This document shows, piece by piece, positions 32,131 through 43,077 of a stretch of DNA of 64,000 nucleotides. The stretch lies in assembly GCF_054482595.1 (NCBI RefSeq), contig NZ_CM137008.1; one strand, written 5' to 3'. Position numbers and translations under genes: made by a program. The notes under the pieces are model-generated. The model was not told the DNA's origin. It worked only from the letters and a program-made list of their open reading frames with translations, and did not search any database. Numbering within the stretch: position 1 is the first letter of the stretch; each line of letters begins with the position of its first letter.

Positions 32131-34797
32131 ATGGAACCTTTTAAATATATATGCCATTACTGGGGAAAATCCTCAAAAAGCCTGACGAAAGGAAATGATA
32201 TTCATCTGTTAATTTATCATTGCCTTGATGTTGCTGCTGTTGCAGATTGCTGGTGGGATCAATCAGTCGTACTGCAAAATACTTTTTGCCGAAATGAAAT
32301 GCTATCAAAACAGAGGGTGAAGGCCTGGCTGTTATTTTTCATTGCTCTTCATGATATTGGAAAGTTTGATATACGATTCCAATATAAATCAGCAGAAAGT
32401 TGGCTGAAATTAAATCCTGCAACGCCATCACTTAATGGTCCATCAACACAAATGTGCCGTAAATTTAATCATGGTGCAGCCGGTCTGTATTGGTTTAACC
32501 AGGATTCACTTTCAGAGCAATCTCCCGGGGATTTTTTCAGTTTTTTTGATGCCGCTCCTCATCCTTATGAGTCCTGGTTTCCATGGGTAGAGGCCGTTAC
32601 AGGACATCATGGTTTTATATTACATTCCCAGGATCAAGATAAGTCGCGTTGGGAAATGCCAGCTTCTCTGGCATCTTATGCTGCGCAAGATAAACAGGCT
32701 CGTGAGGAGTGGATATCTGTACTCGAAGCATTATTTTTAACGCCAGCCGGGTTATCTATAAACGATATACCACCTGATTGTTCATCACTGTTAGCAGGTT
32801 TTTGCTCGCTTGCTGACTGGTTAGGTTCCTGGACCACAACGGATACCTTTCTTTTCAAAGAAGATGCACCTTCAGGAATACAAGCGCTAAGAACATATTT
32901 TCAGGATAGACAGCAGGATGCGTGTCGGGTACTGGCGCTGAGTGGCCTTGTATCAAATAAGCGTCGTTATGACGGTGTACATGCCTTACTGGACAATGGC
33001 TATCAACCAAGACAATTACAGGTGTTGGTCGATGCTCTTCCTACAGCTCCCGGGCTGACGGTGATTGAGGCACCTACGGGATCAGGTAAAACCGAAACAG
33101 CGCTGGCCTATGCCTGGAAACTTATTGACCAACAACTTGCGGAGAGTGTTATTTTTGCCCTCCCTACACAAGCTACTGCAAATACAATGCTCAGCAGAAT
33201 GGAAGCGAACGCGAGCCGTTTATTTACCTCCCCAAATCTTATTCTTGCTCATGGTAATTCACGTTTTAACCACCTTTTTCAATCAATAAAATCACGCGCA
33301 TTTACTGAGCAGGGGCAAGAAGAAGCGTGGGTTCAGTGTTGTCAGTGGTTGTCACAAAGCAATAAGAAAGTGTTTCTTGGGCAAATCGGCGTTTGCACTA
33401 TTGATCAGGTGTTGATATCGGTATTGCCAGTTAAACACCGCTTTATCCGTGGTTTGGGAATTGGTCGAAGTGTTTTAATTGTTGATGAAGTTCATGCTTA
33501 CGACACCTATATGAACGGCTTGCTGGAGGCAGTGCTCAAGGCTCAGGCTGATGTGGGAGGGAGTGTTATTCTTCTTTCCGCAACCCTACCAATGAAACAA
33601 AAACAGAAACTTCTGGATACTTATGGTCTGCATACAGATCCAGTGGAAAATAACTCCGCATATCCACTTATTAACTGGCGAGGTGTGAATGGTGCGCAAC
33701 GTTTTGATCTGCCAGCTCATCCAGAACAACTCCCGCCCCGCTTTTCGATTCAGCCAGAACCTATTTATTTAGCTGACATGTTACCTGACCTTACGATGTT
33801 AGAGCGAATGATCGCAGCGGCAAACGCGGGTGCACAAGTCTGCCTCATTTGCAATTTGGTTGACGTTGCACAACTATGCTTCCAACGGCTAAAGGAACTA
33901 AATGACACGCAAGTAGATATAGATTTGTTTCATGCGCGCTTTACGCTGAACGATCGTCGTGAAAAAGAGAATCGTGTCATTAGCAATTTCGGAAAAAATG
34001 GGGAGCGAAATGTTGGACGAATACTTGTCGCCACCCAGGTCGTGGAACAATCACTCGATGTAGATTTTGATTGGTTAATTACCCAGCATTGTCCCGCTGA
34101 TTTGCTTTTCCAACGATTAGGCCGTTTACATCGCCATCATCGTAAATATCGTCCCGCCGGTTTTGAGATTCCTCTGGCAACCGTTTTGCTGCCTGATGGC
34201 GAAGGTTACGGACGACATGAGCATATTTATAGCAACGTTAGAGTCATGTGGCGGACGCAGCAACATATTGAGGAACTTAATGGAGCATCCTTATTTTTCC
34301 CTGATGCCTACCGGCAATGGCTGGATAGCATTTACGATGATGCTGAAATGGATGAGCCAGAATGGGTCATCAAAGGCATGGATAAGTTTGAAAGCGCTGA
34401 GTGTGAAAAGAGGTTCAAGGCTCGCAAGGTTCTGCAGTGGGCTGAAGAATATAGTTTGCAGGATAACGATGAAACCATTCTTGCGGTAACGAGGGATGGG
34501 GAAATGAGCCTGCCATTATTGCCTTATGTACAAACGTCTTCAGGTAAACAACTGCTCGATGGCCAGGTCTACGAGGACCTAAGTCATGAACAGCAGTATG
34601 AGGCTTTAGCACTTAATCGCGTCAATGTGCCATTTACCTGGAAACGTAGTTTTTCTGAAGTAGTCGATGAAGATGGGTTACTTTGGCTGGAAGGAAGGCA
34701 GAATCAGGATGGATGGATCTGGCAGGGTAACAGTATTGTTATTACCTACACTCGGGATGAAGGGATGACCAGAGTCATCCCTGCAAATCCCAAATAA
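32131..34797 (+). CDS. cas3: Cas3 helicase-nuclease (type I-E)
   Basis: 888 aa ORF MEPFKYICHYWGKSS; HD motif region (HDIGKF), Walker A APTGSGKT, DEVH box (VLIVDEVHAYD). Confidence 0.96.
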   Translation: MEPFKYICHYWGKSSKSLTKGNDIHLLIYHCLDVAAVADCWWDQSVVLQNTFCRNEMLSKQRVKAWLLFFIALHDIGKFDIRFQYKSAESWLKLNPATPSLNGPSTQMCRKFNHGAAGLYWFNQDSLSEQSPGDFFSFFDAAPHPYESWFPWVEAVTGHHGFILHSQDQDKSRWEMPASLASYAAQDKQAREEWISVLEALFLTPAGLSINDIPPDCSSLLAGFCSLADWLGSWTTTDTFLFKEDAPSGIQALRTYFQDRQQDACRVLALSGLVSNKRRYDGVHALLDNGYQPRQLQVLVDALPTAPGLTVIEAPTGSGKTETALAYAWKLIDQQLAESVIFALPTQATANTMLSRMEANASRLFTSPNLILAHGNSRFNHLFQSIKSRAFTEQGQEEAWVQCCQWLSQSNKKVFLGQIGVCTIDQVLISVLPVKHRFIRGLGIGRSVLIVDEVHAYDTYMNGLLEAVLKAQADVGGSVILLSATLPMKQKQKLLDTYGLHTDPVENNSAYPLINWRGVNGAQRFDLPAHPEQLPPRFSIQPEPIYLADMLPDLTMLERMIAAANAGAQVCLICNLVDVAQLCFQRLKELNDTQVDIDLFHARFTLNDRREKENRVISNFGKNGERNVGRILVATQVVEQSLDVDFDWLITQHCPADLLFQRLGRLHRHHRKYRPAGFEIPLATVLLPDGEGYGRHEHIYSNVRVMWRTQQHIEELNGASLFFPDAYRQWLDSIYDDAEMDEPEWVIKGMDKFESAECEKRFKARKVLQWAEEYSLQDNDETILAVTRDGEMSLPLLPYVQTSSGKQLLDGQVYEDLSHEQQYEALALNRVNVPFTWKRSFSEVVDEDGLLWLEGRQNQDGWIWQGNSIVITYTRDEGMTRVIPANPK

Positions 34798-34840
34798 CTT
34801 CGGGAATGATTGGTATCAATGACGATAACAAGACCAATAA

Positions 34841-34869
34841 CGGTTTATCCCTACTTAAGTAGGGAAGGT
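34841..34869 (-). repeat. Orphan degenerate CRISPR repeat-like hairpin, antisense to the arrays
   Basis: Plus strand cggtttatccctacttaagtagggaaggt versus repeat reverse complement cggtttatccccgctggcgcggggaactc: 19/29 identical including first 11 nt; hairpin kept by compensatory pairs. Confidence 0.6.
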
Positions 34870-35211
34870 GCACAATGTACATCTTCTTTTAATTTCCCGG
34901 TATGAGATTTTATATTCGCAGTATGAATATTTTATGTAATAAAATTTATGGTAATTATTATAACTAAAAGTTTCTTTGATAATAAAACGAATAACTTGCA
35001 GATTTGAAATGCATGCATTATTGTCTTTAAACAATTCAACACATCTTAATATATGTATAGGTTAATTGTATTAAACCAATGAATATATTTTTGCAGTGAA
35101 TGTGATTATTGAATTAATTACGCCGTATTTTTTCTTTGTTTTTACCGATAACGGAAGTGTGCCGACGTATAGAAATGCAGGAGAAATGTCGGAGCATATG
35201 AAGGAGAACAA
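34870..35211 (+). promoter_or_regulatory. AT-rich cas3-cse1 intergenic region; Pcas promoter for Cascade operon (H-NS/LeuO-controlled in K-12)
   Basis: Visibly AT-rich block between cas3 stop and cse1 start; role assigned from K-12 literature, promoter elements not mapped here. Confidence 0.55.
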
Positions 35212-36720
35212 ATGAATTTGCTTATTGATAACTGGATCCCTGTACGCCCGCGAAACGGGGGGAAAGTCCAAATCATAAATCTGCAATCGCTATACTGCAG
35301 TAGAGATCAGTGGCGATTAAGTTTGCCCCGTGACGATATGGAACTGGCCGCTTTAGCACTGCTGGTTTGCATTGGGCAAATTATCGACCCGGCAAAAGAT
35401 GACGTTGAATTTCGACATCGCATAATGAATCCGTTCACTGAAGATGGGTTTCAACAACTCATCGCGCCGTGGATAGATATGTTCTACCTTAATCACGCAG
35501 AACATCCCTTTATGCAGACCAAAGGTGTCAAAGCAAATGATGTGACTCCAATGGAAAAACTGTTGGCAGGGGTAAGCGGCGCGACGAATTGTGCTTTTGT
35601 CAATCAACCGGGTCAGGGTGAAGCATTATGTGGTGGATGCACTGCGATTGCGTTATTCAACCAGGCGAATCAGGCACCTGGTTTTGGTGGTGGCTTTAAA
35701 AGTGGTTTACGTGGAGGAACACCTATAACCACCTTCGTACGTGGGATCGATCTTCGCTCGACGGTGTTACTCAATGTCCTCACAATACCTCGTCTTCAAA
35801 AACAATTTCCCAATGAATCACATACGGAAAACCAACCTACCTGGGTTAAGCCTGTCAAACCCAATGAATCTGTGCCAGCTTCGTCAATTGGCTTTGTCCG
35901 CGGCTTATTCTGGCAACCAGCGCATATTGAATTATGCGACCCCATTGGGATTGGAAAATGTTCTTGCTGTGGGCAGGAAAGCAATTTGCGTTATACCGGT
36001 TTTCTTAAGGAAAAATTTACCTTTACAGTTAATGGGCTATGGCCCCATCCGCATTCCCCTTGTCTGGTAACAGTCAAGAAAGGGGAGGTTGAGGAAAAAT
36101 TTCTTGCTTTCACCACCTCCGCACCATCATGGACACAAATCAGCCGAGTTGTGGTAGATAAGATTATTCAAAATGAAAATGGAAATCGCGTGGCGGCGGT
36201 TGTGAATCAATTCAGAAATATTGCGCCGCAAAGTCCTCTTGAATTGATTATGGGGGGATATCGTAATAATCAAGCATCTATTCTTGAACGGCGTCATGAT
36301 GTGTTGATGTTTAATCAGGGGTGGCAACAATACGGCAATGTGATAAACGAAATAGTGACTGTTGGTTTGGGATATAAAACAGCCTTACGCAAGGCGTTAT
36401 ATACCTTTGCAGAAGGGTTTAAAAATAAAGACTTCAAAGGGGCCGGAGTTTCTGTTCATGAGACTGCAGAAAGGCATTTCTATCGACAGAGTGAATTATT
36501 AATTCCCGATGTACTGGCGAATATTAATTTTTCCCAGGCTGATGAGGTAATAGCTGATTTACGAGACAAACTTCATCAATTGTGTGAAATGCTATTTAAT
36601 CAATCTGTAGCTCCCTATGCACATCATCCTAAATTAATAAACACATTAGCGCTTGCCCGCGCCACGCTATACAAACATTTACGGGAGTTAAAACCGCAAG
36701 GAGGGCCATCAAATGGCTGA
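35212..36720 (+). CDS. casA: Cse1 (CasA, Cas8e) Cascade large subunit
   Basis: 502 aa ORF MNLLIDNWIPVRPRNGGKVQIINLQSLY. Confidence 0.95.
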   Translation: MNLLIDNWIPVRPRNGGKVQIINLQSLYCSRDQWRLSLPRDDMELAALALLVCIGQIIDPAKDDVEFRHRIMNPFTEDGFQQLIAPWIDMFYLNHAEHPFMQTKGVKANDVTPMEKLLAGVSGATNCAFVNQPGQGEALCGGCTAIALFNQANQAPGFGGGFKSGLRGGTPITTFVRGIDLRSTVLLNVLTIPRLQKQFPNESHTENQPTWVKPVKPNESVPASSIGFVRGLFWQPAHIELCDPIGIGKCSCCGQESNLRYTGFLKEKFTFTVNGLWPHPHSPCLVTVKKGEVEEKFLAFTTSAPSWTQISRVVVDKIIQNENGNRVAAVVNQFRNIAPQSPLELIMGGYRNNQASILERRHDVLMFNQGWQQYGNVINEIVTVGLGYKTALRKALYTFAEGFKNKDFKGAGVSVHETAERHFYRQSELLIPDVLANINFSQADEVIADLRDKLHQLCEMLFNQSVAPYAHHPKLINTLALARATLYKHLRELKPQGGPSNG

Positions 36721-37195
36721 TGAAATTGATGCAATGGCTTTATATCGAGCCTGGCAACAACTGGATAATGGAGCATGTGCGCAAATTAGACGTGTTTCAG
36801 AACCTGATGAATTACGCGATATCCCTGCGTTTTATAGGCTGGTGCAACCTTTTGGTTGGGAAAACCCACGTCACCAGCAGGCTCTTTTGCGCATGGTGTT
36901 TTGCCTGAGCGCAGGAAAGAATGTCATCCGACATCAGGACAAAAAACCGGAGCAAACAACAGGTATCTCGTTGGGAAGAGCTTTAGCCAATAGTGGAAGA
37001 ATTAACGAGCGCCGTATCTTTCAATTAATTCGGGCTGACAGAACAGCCGATATGGTCCAGTTACGTCGATTACTTACTCACGCCGAACCCGTACTTGACT
37101 GGCCATTAATGGCCAGGATGTTGACCTGGTGGGGAAAGCGCGAACGCCAGCAACTTCTGGAAGATTTTGTATTGACCACAAACAAAAATGCGTAA
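36713..37195 (+). CDS. casB: Cse2 (CasB) Cascade small subunit
   Basis: 160 aa ORF MADEIDAMALYRAWQQLDNG; 8-nt overlap with casA. Confidence 0.95.
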   Translation: MADEIDAMALYRAWQQLDNGACAQIRRVSEPDELRDIPAFYRLVQPFGWENPRHQQALLRMVFCLSAGKNVIRHQDKKPEQTTGISLGRALANSGRINERRIFQLIRADRTADMVQLRRLLTHAEPVLDWPLMARMLTWWGKRERQQLLEDFVLTTNKNA

Positions 37196-37207
37196 GGAAA
37201 CCTTTCT

Positions 37208-38299
37208 ATGTCTAACTTTATCAATATTCATGTTCTGATCTCTCACAGCCCTTCATGTCTGAACCGCGACGATATGAACATGCAGAAAGACGCTATTTTC
37301 GGCGGGAAAAGACGAGTAAGAATTTCAAGTCAAAGCCTTAAACGTGCGATGCGTAAAAGTGATTATTACGCACAAAATATTGGTGAATCCAGTCTCAGAA
37401 CAATTCATCTTGCACAATTACGTGATGTTCTTCGGCAAAAACTTGGTGAACGTTTTGACCAAAAAATCATCGATAAGACATTAGCGCTGCTCTCCGGTAA
37501 ATCAGTTGATGAAGCCGAAAAGATTTCTGCCGATGCGGTTACTCCCTGGGTTGTGGGAGAAATAGCCTGGTTCTGTGAGCAGGTTGCAAAAGCAGAGGCT
37601 GATAATCTGGATGATAAAAAGCTGCTCAAAGTTCTTAAGGAAGATATTGCCGCCATACGTGTGGATTTACAGCAGGGTGTTGATATTGCGCTTAGTGGAA
37701 GAATGGCAACCAGCGGCATGATGAGTGAGTTGGGAAAAGTTGATGGTGCAATGTCCATTGCGCATGCGATCACTACTCATCAGGTTGATTCTGATATTGA
37801 CTGGTTCACCGCTGTAGATGATTTACAGGAACAAGGTTCTGCACATCTGGGAACTCAGGAATTTTCATCGGGTGTTTTTTATCGTTATGCCAACATTAAC
37901 CTCGCTCAACTTCAGGAAAATTTAGGTGGTGCCTCCAGGGAGCAGGCTCTGGAAATTGCAACCCATGTTGTTCATATGCTGGCAACAGAGGTCCCTGGAG
38001 CAAAACAGCGTACTTATGCCGCTTTTAACCCTGCGGATATGGTAATGGTTAATTTCTCCGATATGCCACTTTCTATGGCAAATGCTTTTGAAAAAGCGGT
38101 TAAAGCGAAAGATGGCTTTTTGCAACCGTCTATACAGGCGTTTAATCAATATTGGGATCGCGTTGCCAATGGATATGGTCTGAACGGAGCTGCTGCGCAA
38201 TTCAGCTTATCTGATGTAGACCCAATTACTGCTCAAGTTAAACAAATGCCTACTTTAGAACAGTTAAAATCCTGGGTTCGTAATAATGGCGAGGCGTGA
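37208..38299 (+). CDS. casC: Cas7e (CasC) Cascade backbone subunit
   Basis: 363 aa [36 protein letters not shown]. Confidence 0.95.
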   Translation: MSNFINIHVLISHSPSCLNRDDMNMQKDAIFGGKRRVRISSQSLKRAMRKSDYYAQNIGESSLRTIHLAQLRDVLRQKLGERFDQKIIDKTLALLSGKSVDEAEKISADAVTPWVVGEIAWFCEQVAKAEADNLDDKKLLKVLKEDIAAIRVDLQQGVDIALSGRMATSGMMSELGKVDGAMSIAHAITTHQVDSDIDWFTAVDDLQEQGSAHLGTQEFSSGVFYRYANINLAQLQENLGGASREQALEIATHVVHMLATEVPGAKQRTYAAFNPADMVMVNFSDMPLSMANAFEKAVKAKDGFLQPSIQAFNQYWDRVANGYGLNGAAAQFSLSDVDPITAQVKQMPTLEQLKSWVRNNGEA

Positions 38300-38301
38300 A
38301 C

Positions 38302-38976
38302 ATGAGATCTTATTTGATCTTGCGGCTTGCTGGGCCAATGCAAGCCTGGGGGCAGCCGACCTTTGAAGGAACGCGACCTACCGGAAGATTTCCGACCCGA
38401 AGCGGGTTATTAGGGCTACTCGGGGCTTGTCTTGGGATCCAACGTGATGATACTTCTTCATTACAGGCGTTATCAGAGAGTGTGCAATTTGCAGTGCGCT
38501 GCGATGAACTCATTCTTGACGATCGTCGTGTGTCTGTAACGGGGTTGCGTGATTACCATACAGTCCTTGGAGCGCGAGAAGATTACCGTGGTTTGAAAAG
38601 TCATGAAACGATTCAAACATGGCGCGAATATTTATGTGATGCCTCCTTTACCGTCGCTCTCTGGTTAACACCCCATGCAACGATGGTTATCTCAGAACTT
38701 GAAAAAGCAGTATTAAAGCCTCGGTATACACCCTACCTGGGGCGGAGAAGTTGCCCACTAACACACCCGCTTTTTTTGGGGACATGTCAGGCATCGGATC
38801 CTCAGAAGGCGCTATTAAATTATGAGCCCGTTGGCGGCGATATATATAGTGAGGAATCAGTTACAGGGCATCATTTAAAATTTACGGCGCGCGACGAACC
38901 GATGATCACCTTACCTCGACAATTTGCTTCCCGAGAATGGTATGTGATTAAAGGAGGTATGGATGTATCTCAGTAA
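38302..38976 (+). CDS. casD: Cas5e (CasD)
   Basis: ATG at 38302 (MRSYLILRLAGPMQAWGQPTFEG), 224 aa; ORF-track start 38296 is GTG two codons upstream. Confidence 0.93.
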   Translation: MRSYLILRLAGPMQAWGQPTFEGTRPTGRFPTRSGLLGLLGACLGIQRDDTSSLQALSESVQFAVRCDELILDDRRVSVTGLRDYHTVLGAREDYRGLKSHETIQTWREYLCDASFTVALWLTPHATMVISELEKAVLKPRYTPYLGRRSCPLTHPLFLGTCQASDPQKALLNYEPVGGDIYSEESVTGHHLKFTARDEPMITLPRQFASREWYVIKGGMDVSQ

Positions 38977-39562
38977 AGTCATCATTGCCAGGGCCTGGAG
39001 CAGGGATCTTTACCAACTTCACCAGGGATTATGGCATTTATTTCCAAACAGACCGGATGCTGCTCGTGATTTTCTTTTTCATGTTGAGAAGCGAAACACA
39101 CCAGAAGGCTGTCATGTTTTATTGCAGTCAGCGCAAATGCCTGTTTCAACTGCCGTTGCGACAGTCATTAAAACTAAACAGGTTGAATTTCAACTTCAGG
39201 TTGGTGTTCCACTCTATTTTCGGCTTCGGGCAAATCCGATCAAAACTATTCTCGACAATCAAAAGCGCCTGGACAGTAAAGGGAATATTAAACGCTGTCG
39301 GGTTCCGTTAATAAAAGAAGCAGAACAAATCGCGTGGTTGCAACGTAAATTGGGCAATGCGGCGCGCGTTGAAGATGTGCATCCCATATCGGAACGGCCA
39401 CAGTATTTTTCTGGTGATGGTAAAAGTGGAAAGATCCAAACGGTTTGCTTTGAAGGTGTGCTCACCATCAACGACGCGCCAGCGTTAATAGATCTTGTAC
39501 AGCAAGGTATTGGGCCAGCTAAATCGATGGGATGTGGCTTGCTATCTTTGGCTCCACTGTGA
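38963..39562 (+). CDS. casE: Cas6e (CasE) crRNA endoribonuclease
   Basis: 199 aa ORF MYLSKVIIARAWSRDLYQLHQGLWHLF; overlaps casD 3' end. Confidence 0.95.
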   Translation: MYLSKVIIARAWSRDLYQLHQGLWHLFPNRPDAARDFLFHVEKRNTPEGCHVLLQSAQMPVSTAVATVIKTKQVEFQLQVGVPLYFRLRANPIKTILDNQKRLDSKGNIKRCRVPLIKEAEQIAWLQRKLGNAARVEDVHPISERPQYFSGDGKSGKIQTVCFEGVLTINDAPALIDLVQQGIGPAKSMGCGLLSLAPL

Positions 39563-39577
39563 TTGAGGTGTAATAAA

Positions 39578-40780
<1,203 letters not shown>

Positions 40781-40885
40781 AAACAAAGAATTAGCTGATC
40801 TTTAATAATAAGGAAATGTTACATTAAGGTTGGTGGGTTGTTTTTATGGGAAAAAATGCTTTCAGAACAAATGTATACTTTTAGA
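40781..40885 (+). promoter_or_regulatory. CRISPR leader for array B
   Basis: AT-rich, ends ...gggaaaaaatgctttcagaacaaatgtatacttttaga directly before first repeat. Confidence 0.8.
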
Positions 40886-41768
40886 GAGTTCCCCGCGCCA
40901 GCGGGGATAAACCGCATTTAATGCAAAACTAATTGCACAATAAATAGAGTTCCCCGCGCCAGCGGGGATAAACCGGCGATAAACCTCCTCATCGCTGATA
41001 TCAATAAGAGTTCCCCGCGCCAGCGGGGATAAACCGATAAAGGCTCGGCGGCGCAAAAAATGGCACGGGAGTTCCCCGCGCCAGCGGGGATAAACCGCTC
41101 TCGTTGTTGTGCCTCAGTACCGGTGCGCGGAGTTCCCCGCGCCAGCGGGGATAAACCGCACACCGGTGCGACGGGAAACGTTCAGCGGCCGAGTTCCCCG
41201 CGCCAGCGGGGATAAACCGGGAATAGTTAATTTCGGTGATGGCTGCGTAAAGAGTTCCCCGCGGCAGCGGGGATAAACCGAGTAATGCTGCGTTGAGATG
41301 ACCAGGCGGGCTGAGTTCCCCGCGGCAGCGGGGATAAACCGTTGACGCCAGCGGCGACCCGCGCCACGGGCTTGAGTTCCCCGCGCCAGCGGGGATAAAC
41401 CGTAGCCAGACGTACTCGCAATCTGTCGGCGGTCGAGTTCCCCGCGCCAGCGGGGATAAACCACCAGTTCTCCGTATTCTGTGGTTATCGTTGCTGAGTT
41501 CCCCGCGCCAGCGGGGATAAACCGGGAGTTCAGACATAGGTGGAATGATGGACTACGAGTTCCCCGCGTTAGCGGGGATAAACCGCCCGGTAGCCAGGTT
41601 TGCAACGCCTGAACCGAGAGTTCCCCGCGCCAGCAGGGATAAACCGGCAACGACGGTGAGATTTCACGCCTGACGCTGGTGTTCCCCGCGCCAGCGGGGA
41701 TAAACCGGGCGCACTGGATGCGATGATGGATATCACTGAGAATTCCCCGCCCCTGCGGTAGAACACCC
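40886..41768 (+). CRISPR. Type I-E CRISPR array B: 15 repeats, 14 spacers of 32 nt
   Basis: Repeats every 61 bp from 40886 to 41740; variants at repeats 7-8 (c13g), 10 (3' a), 12 (cc to tt), 13 (g to a), 14 (a2t); terminal repeat 41740-41768 degenerate. Confidence 0.97.
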
Positions 41769-41788
41769 AGCTCCCATTTTCCAACCCA

Positions 41789-42826
41789 TCAAGACGCCTT
41801 CGCCAGCTCCTTCACCAACGGTAGCATTATCCGCATAACATCACGGCAGCGACGTTCTATTCTTCCAGGAAGTGCCTTATCAATATGTTGTTGATTATCC
41901 AGTCTTACGTCATGCCAGCTATTTCCCGCCGGGAAGGCAGGTGTTTTTGCGCGTTGCTGATAACCATCCTTATTCCCAAGATTCCAGTTAGTCGCTTCCA
42001 CCGAAAGTACAGCAATGCCCGCTTTGTCGAATATTTCTGCGTCATTACAACACCCAGTGCCTTTCGGATAATTTTTATTCAAACCCGGATTGGTCGTTGC
42101 GGCAATTCCATGACTACGCGCAATTGCCAGCGCCCTGTCGCGCGTTAATTTCCTTACTGCTTCAGGGGTTTTTACACCGCTGTTGAAATACAATTTATCG
42201 CCAACAATTAAGTTATCGAGATTAATCACCAGCAGCGTATTTTTCTTTTCGGTGTCACTCATCCGCTTGAGTAAATTCTCAGCGCCTAATTTCCCTTCCT
42301 CTTCGCCGCTGGTCGCCACAAATCGAATACCATACTCGGTAGGCGTATTTTTCAGGCGTTCTGCCAATTCCAGCATGACACCTAAACCTGCGGCGTTATC
42401 ATCCATTCCTTGTAACGTCAGCCCGCCGAGATTGGCATCGGCGTCAGCATCGCTCAGCGGGGCGTAAGTATCCAGATGCGCCATAATGATGATCTGCTGC
42501 GGGGCTTTGCCTTCATGAGCGGCAATCACCGTACTTCCCGTCACGTTATGCCAGCTCTTACGATTATCGCGGGCGGTATAAATATACCGACTATTAAATG
42601 TCCGAATATCACTGCGATAACCCATTTGCTGAAACTGTTGGCGAATATAATCGGCAGATAACATTTCTGCAGGAGTTCCGGTCATGCGTCCCGGAAAGAA
42701 AGTAGCAATATGTCGTGCCTGAGTATTAGCAAAATCGCCAGGTTTAGGTGACGAGGCGTGTACGGGGAGAATAAAGCATACGCCGAGCGCCAAGGCAGCG
42801 GTACGGTGGCGCAATGCGGAAAACAT
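41789..42826 (-). CDS. iap: Alkaline phosphatase isozyme conversion aminopeptidase
   Basis: 345 aa ORF MFSALRHRTAALALGVCFILPVHA with signal peptide. Confidence 0.92.
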   Translation of the reverse strand: MFSALRHRTAALALGVCFILPVHASSPKPGDFANTQARHIATFFPGRMTGTPAEMLSADYIRQQFQQMGYRSDIRTFNSRYIYTARDNRKSWHNVTGSTVIAAHEGKAPQQIIIMAHLDTYAPLSDADADANLGGLTLQGMDDNAAGLGVMLELAERLKNTPTEYGIRFVATSGEEEGKLGAENLLKRMSDTEKKNTLLVINLDNLIVGDKLYFNSGVKTPEAVRKLTRDRALAIARSHGIAATTNPGLNKNYPKGTGCCNDAEIFDKAGIAVLSVEATNWNLGNKDGYQQRAKTPAFPAGNSWHDVRLDNQQHIDKALPGRIERRCRDVMRIMLPLVKELAKAS

Positions 42827-43077
42827 AGTGAGTCCTTAAATACCATGCAAATTTTTTTACCGCCATAGTATGAAACTGCCGCTGCGCTAAAACAATTTCA
42901 AATCTTCCTAAACGCCCGAAATCCGGTGCCTTAAGCACTTTTTGATATTAGCTTTGCCAAATCGTTATTCCGTTAAGGAACTACTCATTCTAATTGGTAA
43001 TTTCATTCGTTCTCTTACGCTCCCTATAGTCGAAACATCTGATGGCAAGAAAATAGCGGTATTGCAAAGGAACGGTT

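Noticed and set aside
34762-34781. Perfect 8-bp hairpin gggatgac caga gtcatccc in the last codons of cas3
   Set aside because: Lies inside coding sequence, has no following U-tract and its stem does not resemble the CRISPR repeat; treated as coincidental.
41098-41190. Shared 9-mer accggtgcg in adjacent spacers 4 and 5 of array B
   Set aside because: With 21 spacers a shared 9-mer between some pair is expected by chance at appreciable frequency; no extended similarity.
41001-41650. Overlapping 178-aa minus-strand ORFs across CRISPR array B (and shorter ones across array A at 14974..15343)
   Set aside because: Generated by translating the periodic 29-nt repeat; recurring motifs such as SPLARGT and IPAGAGNS recur every 61 nt. 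Not protein coding.
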